Part shown: positions 18,305 through 26,962 of the stretch, piece after piece
How positions within the stretch are numbered: position 1 is the stretch's first letter
How the letters are laid out: each line of letters begins with the position of its first letter
NCBI GenBank assembly: GCA_027371815.1
Contig: DAHXLC010000083.1
Location: 1-37,489, forward strand
DNA: 37,489 nucleotides
Source of the DNA: Candidatus Melainabacteria bacterium
GTDB lineage: Bacteria; Cyanobacteriota; Vampirovibrionia; Obscuribacterales; JAKAZS01
Direction: 5' to 3'
Program-made: the position numbers and the translations under genes
The notes under the pieces: generated by a model
Database searches by the model: none
Told to the model about the DNA's origin: nothing
Seen by the model: the letters and a program-made list of their open reading frames with translations, nothing else

Positions 18305-21300
18305 ATGAAAACATTTAATTATTTAAATAGATTTAGTTTAAGCAACGTCATAAATATTTTTTGTTTTACGATTGCAATATTAGTTAATTTTAAGCTGACT
18401 CAAATCAACTTAGGTACAACCATAATTAACAGCTTAAGTTGGCTTTTTATGATTATAATAGGTGTATTAATTAACTCTTGGGTTAAACTCAACACAGCTA
18501 ATCAAGATAAATCACTCAAGTCAAAACAATTAATAATGGTTTTGCTTGGGTTAATTTGCTTAATACAATGTCAAAATCAATTCTCAATTTACTTCATAAA
18601 TTACTTAGCGACATTATTTAACCAACAAAACCAATTAATAATTTGTATATATAATTTTATATTTATTTTACCTTTAGGACTTTATCTTGGGATTTTACTA
18701 GGTAAATTATCAGCTTATTCACCAATAAATATTCGAATCAGCTTAATTTTTAGTACATTAATTGGACTAACTTATCTAATCGTAATTTTACCAATTTATG
18801 GTATTAATAATACGTTGGTATTCATGTTAACCATCACAATTTTAAACCTCTTCCTTAATAACAAACAACAACCTTTAAACCATAGTAATTTAAACCTGAC
18901 CTTAATATGGATAATTTTTAAGGTTAATCGCCAAAGGCTTGTCTACTTATTTGTTCTTTGCGCGATTTATGCTCGTTATCTTTATTGTGCTAGCAAAATA
19001 CTTTTATTTAATTTTGACAATAATATATATAATTTCAGCATCAATATTATCTTAATTTGTTTTGGCTTAATTTTAGGAAATTATTTAAAAACAAAAATTT
19101 TCAATAAAGCCTTTAATTTTTTTGGCAATCTGCAAACCCTAACAATATTAATGTCAGGATACTTATTATTGTTAGTTTTACCAATGAAAACTTTTACCCT
19201 AGAAATATCCTGCTTAAACAATTTAACCAATTATTTAATTGTATCAACCTTGCTTTTATTTGCACCCTCTTGTCTACAAGGAATGGTTATTTCTTTAAAT
19301 TTTGTCCGCTATAAAGCCTTAAGTCAAATAATCCGCAGTCAAATTACCCTTTTAGTGATCTTAACAGCAACATTACTAGGCTTAAGCCTTGGCCTTAACA
19401 CCATAAATACTTATCAACAATACTTGCATATTAGCGGAATTAAATTCACATTGTTTATAGCTAGTATTGTTTATTTCATAATTGCTTGTAAAGCCAATAT
19501 AAATATTCAAGGTCGATTACTCAGTCAAAAATCATTAATCATTATTATTAGCTATATTACGACTAGTTATCTAGTCTTAAATCATTTCCTCTTACTCAAT
19601 CAACCGAATTATCTTAGGTATTATTTCGAAGGTATAAATTCAATTATAAATATTGAAAAAGGGCAAAATTTAAATATTTTAAAACTGGACAATAAAGTTC
19701 AAGCTACAATCCCTAGCGATCTTACCCAAGTTTATTATGGCAGTGATATTATAAATCAGATATTATTGTCGGTTTTACCAGTCGTTAATCACCATGGTAA
19801 AATTGCAAACGCCCTAATTATTGGTTATGGGAGCGGCACAACTACCAAAGCTCTACAAACAATGCAGCTAACCAGTAATATTACCGTTTGCGATACGCAG
19901 AATAAATTATTTTTACTGGACCAATATTTTAATTTAAATATCTTTAAAACAACAGCTAACGTTGCCATAATTAAAAAGTTTGACGATGATATTCGATATT
20001 TCCTGGCGCTTTTTCAAAACAAATATAATTTAATTATTTCACAACCCAGCGAGCCAAATTCAAGTGGTTCCTATAATTTATATAGCAAAGAATTTTTTAA
20101 AATTATAAGCCAACATCTAGATAATGATGGTATTATTTGCCAGTGGGTACAATTATATGATATTAATACACTAACTTTAGCTAGTATTTTAGATACATTT
20201 CGACAAATTTTTCCCAATACTTTTATTTATCACTTTAAAAATGCTGGTGAAATAATTTTAATTGGTCTTAAAAATCCTCAAACAAAAATTAATATCCAAC
20301 AATGTTTAAATAATATCAATAATCATTTAATTCAAAATTTATTGATGCCATTTAAGCTAAATGAATTAGACAACCTTATCCAAAATCTTTGTTTAACGCC
20401 AACTGACATCATAGCTTTTACCCACGAATTCAACCCTCAACATTTAATAATAACTGATAATAAAAACTATCTAGAATATGCAAAAGCCAATTCCAACTAT
20501 TTAATTGATGACAATTTATCAGCATTAATTAAAAATGCTAGTTTAGACTTAAAACCATATTTTAGTAAATTGGATAAAACAAGCCTTAATTTACTTTTTA
20601 ATATTGCTCTAACTGAACTTATGACTGGTGCCAAGGTAAACAATGCTAAGCTATCACTAACAAATATGGCTAAACTTTATTACAGTATTATTAACCTATT
20701 GCCCGATAATAACCTTTTTAAAGATACGAAAATATTATTAAAAAACCCCAATTTAAACTATCAAAATTTCAATTTTCAATTTAATCCCTATACATTAATA
20801 ACTTTAATTAATTTAGCCATTATCCATAAAGACTGGAACTATGCTGGTAAATTCATTAATGTCTATCTAAACAATTATACCCTAGCCTGGCCTGAACTAA
20901 CACCATATTTTTATCAAAAGTACCTAATTTATTGCTATCGAACGAACCAATATCGACTAGGCTTAGCTTTAATAAACAAAACTAATTTAACCGAATTAGC
21001 CAAAATTAAATATACAGCAATGGGTTATTATTATCTCCAGGATTATAATCAGGCTATTCAATGGTTTACATTGTATTTAACAACAAGGCCTAATGACTTT
21101 AACTTAAGGACTGTTTACAGCTCAGTTTTGCTGTCAAAAGGCCAGGCCTACGAGGCTTTAATGCAATTACAATACTGTCATGAAATTAGTCCCAACAGTA
21201 ATTTACCCTTTGTTTTAAGCAATTTATATTATTTAAAACTAAATAATATAAACATGGCTCAACTTAATTTAGATTATCTTCGGAATCACTACCCTAAAGA

Positions 21301-21400
21301 CTTTTACCCTAGAACATTAGATGATTTAAATCGGTCAAAAAACAGCGCGCTAATTAATAAATATCTTAACTCAATAATTAATTCACTAGCTATTTTTTAA
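18305..21400 (+). CDS. Fused multi-TM (MFS-like) / spermidine synthase-like / TPR protein, divergent
   Basis: About 12 hydrophobic segments, then ALIIGYGSGTT, DIRYFL, YNLIISQPSEP, NLYSKEFF, CQWVQLY, TDNKNYLEY; TPR-like C-terminus. Confidence 0.75.
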   Translation: MKTFNYLNRFSLSNVINIFCFTIAILVNFKLTQINLGTTIINSLSWLFMIIIGVLINSWVKLNTANQDKSLKSKQLIMVLLGLICLIQCQNQFSIYFINYLATLFNQQNQLIICIYNFIFILPLGLYLGILLGKLSAYSPINIRISLIFSTLIGLTYLIVILPIYGINNTLVFMLTITILNLFLNNKQQPLNHSNLNLTLIWIIFKVNRQRLVYLFVLCAIYARYLYCASKILLFNFDNNIYNFSINIILICFGLILGNYLKTKIFNKAFNFFGNLQTLTILMSGYLLLLVLPMKTFTLEISCLNNLTNYLIVSTLLLFAPSCLQGMVISLNFVRYKALSQIIRSQITLLVILTATLLGLSLGLNTINTYQQYLHISGIKFTLFIASIVYFIIACKANINIQGRLLSQKSLIIIISYITTSYLVLNHFLLLNQPNYLRYYFEGINSIINIEKGQNLNILKLDNKVQATIPSDLTQVYYGSDIINQILLSVLPVVNHHGKIANALIIGYGSGTTTKALQTMQLTSNITVCDTQNKLFLLDQYFNLNIFKTTANVAIIKKFDDDIRYFLALFQNKYNLIISQPSEPNSSGSYNLYSKEFFKIISQHLDNDGIICQWVQLYDINTLTLASILDTFRQIFPNTFIYHFKNAGEIILIGLKNPQTKINIQQCLNNINNHLIQNLLMPFKLNELDNLIQNLCLTPTDIIAFTHEFNPQHLIITDNKNYLEYAKANSNYLIDDNLSALIKNASLDLKPYFSKLDKTSLNLLFNIALTELMTGAKVNNAKLSLTNMAKLYYSIINLLPDNNLFKDTKILLKNPNLNYQNFNFQFNPYTLITLINLAIIHKDWNYAGKFINVYLNNYTLAWPELTPYFYQKYLIYCYRTNQYRLGLALINKTNLTELAKIKYTAMGYYYLQDYNQAIQWFTLYLTTRPNDFNLRTVYSSVLLSKGQAYEALMQLQYCHEISPNSNLPFVLSNLYYLKLNNINMAQLNLDYLRNHYPKDFYPRTLDDLNRSKNSALINKYLNSIINSLAIF

Positions 21401-21715
21401 AAATTATAAGTTAATTGAAAGTAAACACATACATTAAATAACCAAACTAATATTAATTTTTCGATTTTAAGCTGTTAGATAAATAATTCAAATTAATATT
21501 TTTTGAGCATATTTATTACTGAATCAATTGGTAGATATTTAATCTTTTAAACTGTTAGGGGTAGTTTAATGCTAACAACACCTGTAGGCATTTTTTATAG
21601 AGCAATGAGTTTAATCCCAGGTCAATTATAGTAATTACCGCAAAAAATTAATTTGAAATTTTATTTAAGCTAATTTATATTATAAATTAGCTTAAACCTA
21701 CCGTAACATAATAAT

Positions 21716-22792
21716 ATGCTTGAACAAAACCACATTAATAAACTTAATGAATCAGCTCAATTAACTAGTAATGTTAATAAAAATCTTTTAAATGAAGTTT
21801 TTCAATTACCAGCTAAACACCCTTTTACAGTTGAGGACATTGTCAATTCGGGCAATATCGCAAATGCTTTACTAGAATTAGATTTATCAGTATTAAGGGC
21901 TGATCGAGAAATTTTAAGCAACCCGAACCTGTCTAAAAATCAAGAAGTTATGGCTTTGAATAATGAATTTAATCAAATATCAACAAAATATTTTAATGCT
22001 ACTCATTCTTTTGACGTCGGACAAAATAGTGGCGATTATCAGAATTTAAGCGCTCGTGGGATCTTAGAAAACAAAAAAGAAATTAAGCAAACAAAGCTTG
22101 AAAATAAAGAATTAGGAGCTGTTAGTGGTGTAGATCAAGGCAACTGGGGTGATTGCTGGTTTGAATCCAGCCTGGCGGCGCTAGCTCGGTCTAAACCAGG
22201 GCAATTGGCAATAGCTAATATGATTACCAAGAATAAAAATAATACTTATACAGTTACTTTTCCAGGCTTTAAACATCATAAAATTATAGTTAGTGAAAAA
22301 GATATTAAACATGATAAATTGTCTAATGATGCTAAATGGGCTAATATTCTTGAAGCCGCTGTGATTAAACGATATCCTAAACTCGTAAATAATGGAGCAT
22401 CAGCAACAAAAGCCATGCATTTATTAACCGATCAAAAAACTAAAACTTCTTTTATAGATTCAAACTCAAATAATCAAAATATTACTCAGACAATAGAAAA
22501 TGCACTTAAAAATAATGAGTTATTAACAGCTGGTACAAAGAATATACTGCATAATAGAAGTATAGTTAATGATCATGATTATACGGTTATAGATTATGAT
22601 CCAACCACACAATATATAACGTTACGTAATCCTTTTGGCGATAATGCTAATTCTGGTAATTTGCCGAAGGATACAGCAAAAGTTGGTGGTGCACCAGTTG
22701 ATGGTGTTTTAAATTTAGGTAATGGATTAATTGCCATGACAATTGATACTTTTAAGCAAAATTTTGATGTGGTTCAACATACTATAAAATAA
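21716..22792 (+). CDS. Calpain-like (clan CA, C2-type) cysteine peptidase
   Basis: DQGNWGDCWFESSLAALA (catalytic Cys), WANILEAA, HDYTV (His), LRNPFG (Asn). Confidence 0.85.
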   Translation: MLEQNHINKLNESAQLTSNVNKNLLNEVFQLPAKHPFTVEDIVNSGNIANALLELDLSVLRADREILSNPNLSKNQEVMALNNEFNQISTKYFNATHSFDVGQNSGDYQNLSARGILENKKEIKQTKLENKELGAVSGVDQGNWGDCWFESSLAALARSKPGQLAIANMITKNKNNTYTVTFPGFKHHKIIVSEKDIKHDKLSNDAKWANILEAAVIKRYPKLVNNGASATKAMHLLTDQKTKTSFIDSNSNNQNITQTIENALKNNELLTAGTKNILHNRSIVNDHDYTVIDYDPTTQYITLRNPFGDNANSGNLPKDTAKVGGAPVDGVLNLGNGLIAMTIDTFKQNFDVVQHTIK

Positions 22793-22950
22793 AAAATAAT
22801 GGTTTAACATTTTTAATTTTTACGCTTATATTTTTTAAAATATTTTTATGACTGTTGGGGCAATTGCCATAAGAGGATACATCTACCGACTGTATAAATG
22901 GTTATTTTGGGTTGCGCCTGAAACCAAAACTGGAAAAGCTCTAAACTAGA

Positions 22951-24123
22951 CTATTGCACTAAAACGGCTGAACTGGCTGAAGCTGACGAATTTACCCCCA
23001 CCCCCGTGTAGCTAACCCCAATATTAGGGCTATTAAGCGAACCTAAAATTTTAATATTACAGGCGCCATATGGCCCCGTTCCATGCGTATAAAAACTGGT
23101 GAAACCTGGATTACCGGTAAGCAGTTGAGCAACAGCAAAGCCAATTATAGGATATTGAGTATTTGGCGATAAGGCTGCACTGGTTATCGGAATCAAGAAA
23201 GTACCACCACTATTCCAGATTGAAGTTGATGACGCATTGCTAATACTAGAATTAGCCCAATTTTGTGGATCACTGACAGCGCTATTATAATCACCATTGG
23301 ATGGTGTACCTAAAAGATTACCAATTCCATAATTATATACGGTACCACTATTATTAGATGATGATAAGGCGCTATTTAAAGCGGATTTAAAATCTGGTGG
23401 TGGAGCATTAGAATTACCATTTACATTATTGCCCACGCCAGGAATAGCATAGGATACCGGAACTGGATTAGCTAAAATACCTGTACCAGTGGGTGGAGAA
23501 TAAGTATCAGCACCACCACCAACCAATCTAGGGAAATATATAGTTGAGGTAGTATTTACAGCTGGAACCCCTGAACCAGTAAATCCACTTAACCCTGGAC
23601 TGGTAGACATTACCATTGGCAATATTCCGCCTTGAATAATTGGCAAACTAGCGGCCGTGGAAGATGCTGTTACTATAACATTATTACCACTTGAAGTTGC
23701 AGCTATTAGCGGCGCAAACATAACCATAATTGGTTTAGATAATGATACCGTACAAGCATTAAAAGAATAAGTTGATGAACCAACTGGATAAGTTGTAATA
23801 TTAGGAGTTGCAGCAGTTAAGTTTGAGGTTGATAATAATTGATTATCAACATAATTATTACCTAAAATTAATTTAGCATCATTTATGGCGTTAGTGCTTT
23901 GCGTATTACTAGCACTAGGATTATTCCAAGTCAAATCATAGGCGCCAGCTAAAGCAGCAGCATCACAGGCTTGCTGCAACTCAGTCTGAGCTGTTAAAAA
24001 ATGTTCTAAATCAACGGCTAAAGCCGCAATAAAAAAAGCAAATAAAATTATCCCTAAGAATAAGAAAATAAATACCGATCCACGATTGGATCTTATATTT
24101 TTGATGACAATACTAGTTTTCAT
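22951..24123 (-). CDS. TadG-like Flp pilus assembly protein
   Basis: RSNRG|SVFIFL + TM + AVDLEH..QTELQQACDAAALAGA (Tad domain); Ser/Asn/Gly/Pro-rich C-domain; SD GAGG. Confidence 0.85.
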   Translation of the reverse strand: MKTSIVIKNIRSNRGSVFIFLFLGIILFAFFIAALAVDLEHFLTAQTELQQACDAAALAGAYDLTWNNPSASNTQSTNAINDAKLILGNNYVDNQLLSTSNLTAATPNITTYPVGSSTYSFNACTVSLSKPIMVMFAPLIAATSSGNNVIVTASSTAASLPIIQGGILPMVMSTSPGLSGFTGSGVPAVNTTSTIYFPRLVGGGADTYSPPTGTGILANPVPVSYAIPGVGNNVNGNSNAPPPDFKSALNSALSSSNNSGTVYNYGIGNLLGTPSNGDYNSAVSDPQNWANSSISNASSTSIWNSGGTFLIPITSAALSPNTQYPIIGFAVAQLLTGNPGFTSFYTHGTGPYGACNIKILGSLNSPNIGVSYTGVGVNSSASASSAVLVQ

Positions 24124-24143
24124 AATTTTACCTCACAAATTAT

Positions 24144-24662
24144 TTAAGGTTCAACATCATATGAGCAAAATGAAGTTATTTGTTCATTACCAAACGGCCA
24201 TAATGATATACCCCAAATACTAGGGTTAGGATTTGGCCAATAAGGTAGACTTGATCCTCCAGGATATTGTACTTGCACCGCCACATTAAAGACACCTTGA
24301 TTAGGATTAGGATTTACCGGTTGGAATTGCCCGGTTGAAGAATTTATTGAACCATTGGTAAACTGGTTGTTACTAATTATTATATCTTGAATTCTAATAA
24401 AATTATAAGCAGCCGTATTGGTAAAATTAGATTTAAAATTAATACTCGGATTATTATAGTTAATAGCTAAATAACGAGCTGCTACTCTAGCTGCTGAATC
24501 AGTAGCACTTTTAATCACAAAATAATTGGTGACAATATAGCTTAAATAAGCCAATACCATTAACATTGGGATTAAAACAACTAAGGCTCCAGCAAATTCA
24601 GCTAATGATTGCCCTTTTAATTGTCTTTTCCGATTTAGCTGGTTAATTTTTAATCTAAACAT
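24144..24662 (-). CDS. TadE-like pseudopilin
   Basis: KRQLKG|QSLAEFAGALVVLIP (G|xxxxE prepilin motif), TM, SATDSAARVAAR. Confidence 0.85.
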   Translation of the reverse strand: MFRLKINQLNRKRQLKGQSLAEFAGALVVLIPMLMVLAYLSYIVTNYFVIKSATDSAARVAARYLAINYNNPSINFKSNFTNTAAYNFIRIQDIIISNNQFTNGSINSSTGQFQPVNPNPNQGVFNVAVQVQYPGGSSLPYWPNPNPSIWGISLWPFGNEQITSFCSYDVEP

Positions 24663-24686
24663 AGTTATTTCATTACTCTCTTGCTT

Positions 24687-25214
24687 TTAGTGAGAAACAG
24701 CATAGGTAGCTTTGCCGGTTACGGTTAGTCCAGCCAGGCTAAACCCAACATTAGATCCCGCCACATCAACACCTAACGGATTTAGGGGAAAAGTCGGCAA
24801 ACCACTTCCACCATGATATGTAGTTACCACAGTCACACTATAACTTAAACCACTGGGATCACCTGTAATCTGATTTAAAGCTGTTTGAAATTGACTGCTA
24901 GAATTTGGTTTTAAAATTCCGGGAATAGCAATATTGTTTAACAGATTAATTTGTCCGGACTGAGGCGGTCCAAGTGGACTGGCTGCCGGGAAATTAGTCC
25001 ACATCGAAACACCATTTTGAGCCGTATTGTTAGCAATTTCACGACAAGCCTGCCGGGAAGCGTTTTGCATGCCGTTGGTTAAATAAAAGAACAGGCAAAC
25101 TTGAATGATAAAATATATTATCATTCAACTTAAGGCTAAAAACAAGACAAAACTAGAAGTAACCTCAGCTAAAGCTTGTCCAGTTTTGGTGTGGTAATTA
25201 AATTTGGCTTGCAT
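24687..25214 (-). pseudogene. TadE-like pseudopilin interrupted by an in-frame TGA (codon 30, 25127-25125)
   Basis: ATG 25214 gives MQAKFNYHTKTG|QALAEVTSSFVLFLALS*MIIYFIIQVCLFFYLTNGMQNASRQACREIA. The prepilin motif lies upstream of the stop, in frame with the track ORF 24687..25124. Read-through length is 175 aa, versus 172 aa for the neighbouring paralog. Confidence 0.75.
25101..25128. repeat. 11-bp perfect inverted repeat (quasi-palindrome) containing the TGA
   Basis: TTGAATGATAA (25101-25111), AATATA loop, TTATCATTCAA (25118-25128). Confidence 0.9.
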
Positions 25215-25537
25215 TATTTTTTTACTTAATTCACAATTTGTTTTAGGTTTTTCAGATAAAGAAATTCTTAAATATATAATTAAATCATATTAGCTTTCAA
25301 ATTTTTGTCAATATAAGTTTTATAAGCTTTCCTATTATTGTTGCAAAATAATAAGTTAACTTAAAAGACCTTACAGTTATTAGATTTTACAAAAAAATGG
25401 CAACGCTCGTGATTATCAAAAAAAAACATTCACTTCACAATTATTAAACAGTTATAATGAAATTCCAAAAATTTTAAGCCTAAATTTAAAAATGCCAGAC
25501 TAATAATTACTTACTTACAATTTCGCTTACCTTGAAG

Positions 25538-26962
25538 TTATTTGCGTAAATCCTGCCAATAACTCAGTGCTTTTACTCTCATCAACTCATGATTTACGAT
25601 AGGTTTAGGATAATTAAGCTTTGATGCATTCAGCCAAGGTTCATGAATTAAATTAACTGGTAACTTAGCTAATTCAGGCACCCATTTTTTAATATAAAGA
25701 CCATGCCCATCAAATTTTTTACTTTGTAATACAGGATTAAAAATACGAAAATAAGGCTGAGCATCTACGCCACAACCAGCCGACCATTGCCAGCCTAAAG
25801 TATTGCTAGCTAAATCAGCATCAACTAGAGTATCAAAAAACCATTTGGCTCCAGTTAACCAATTAATAAATAAATCCTTGCATAAAAATGAAGCCACAAT
25901 CATCCGCACCCGATTATGCATAAGTCCGGTATGCCATAATTGTCTCATACCTGCATCAACAATAGGATAACCAGTCAATCCTTTTTGCCAGGCCAATAGA
26001 AAATTATGATTATCCTGCCAAGGAAAATTATCAAATTCACTTCGTAAAGGACTATTAATCGTATGAGGAAAATTTAGCATTGTATAATAAGCAAATTCAC
26101 GCCAGCCTAATTCACGAATAAACGGTTCAGCGTTTTGCGCTATTTTTTTCTGATCACTATATTTTTCAATAATTTCTTGAATGTGTAAAAAAATTAAATT
26201 AGGACTTATCTGACCAAAATGTAAATATGGTGACAATTTAGAACCACCATCTAAACCAGGAATATCGCGAGCTGATTGATAATTAACTAGTTTATTTTGA
26301 CTAAACTCATATAACTGTTCAACAGAAGATTGTTCACTTACTTTAAATGTATTTTGAATTCCTAAAGCTGAATTTATTCGTGACTCAAGCAGTAAAGATT
26401 CAAGACGGCAACTAGGAATTTGGTCAAAGCCTAAAGGAATACTCTTAGGTTTTGGTAAACACTTCGACACTGTAAAATTAGTATTTACAAATTTCCAAAA
26501 ACTAGTAAATGTCTTATAAGGAGAACTTTCTTTATTAAAGATGGATTCTAGAGGATAAAGTAACAATGAATTATAAATATGAACTTTATGCCCTTTAGCC
26601 TTTAACTTAGACGTTATCAAATTATCTATTTGTAATAAATGAGGCTCAAATCTTTTATTATAAAATATATTTTCAACTTTATAATTTGCACAGATTTCTT
26701 CAATAATATTTAAACTATTGCCATTACGGATAATTAATTTATTGCCAAATTGGCTTAAACTCTGATCTAAATCTACTAAAGCTTGATGTAACCACCATTT
26801 ACTAGCTCCACCAATTGGCCAGTTGCCATAGCTATCTAAGTCATGAATATATAAACAAATCATTGGTTTTTGCTTCAGGCTAGCCTCATACAAAGCTTTA
26901 TTATCAGCGATACGTAAATCCTGGCGAAACCATACCAGATTATAATCAGTTGACACTATCAC
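25538..26962 (-). CDS. phrB: Deoxyribodipyrimidine photolyase (class I/III CPD)
   Basis: WFRQDLRIADN, SKLSPYLHFGQIS, RELGWREF, WQKGLTGYPIVDAGMRQLW.TG.MHNRVRM, DAD.ASN..GWQWSAG, PYFRIFNP. GTG start overlaps the upstream TGA (GTGA). Confidence 0.95.
   Translation of the reverse strand: MIVSTDYNLVWFRQDLRIADNKALYEASLKQKPMICLYIHDLDSYGNWPIGGASKWWLHQALVDLDQSLSQFGNKLIIRNGNSLNIIEEICANYKVENIFYNKRFEPHLLQIDNLITSKLKAKGHKVHIYNSLLLYPLESIFNKESSPYKTFTSFWKFVNTNFTVSKCLPKPKSIPLGFDQIPSCRLESLLLESRINSALGIQNTFKVSEQSSVEQLYEFSQNKLVNYQSARDIPGLDGGSKLSPYLHFGQISPNLIFLHIQEIIEKYSDQKKIAQNAEPFIRELGWREFAYYTMLNFPHTINSPLRSEFDNFPWQDNHNFLLAWQKGLTGYPIVDAGMRQLWHTGLMHNRVRMIVASFLCKDLFINWLTGAKWFFDTLVDADLASNTLGWQWSAGCGVDAQPYFRIFNPVLQSKKFDGHGLYIKKWVPELAKLPVNLIHEPWLNASKLNYPKPIVNHELMRVKALSYWQDLRK

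Noticed and set aside
22848-22949. 33-codon ORF MTVGAIAIRGYIYRLYKWLFWVAPETKTGKALN between the protease and tadG
   Set aside because: No SD and no similarity I can recognise; it cannot be supported without conservation or expression data.
25125-25127. Genome-wide TGA reassignment (code 4/25) as the explanation for the TadE stop
   Set aside because: TGA ends the epimerase gene at 26959 in a GTGA overlap and ends the 33413 gene. Trp-rich genes such as phrB translate full length under code 11.
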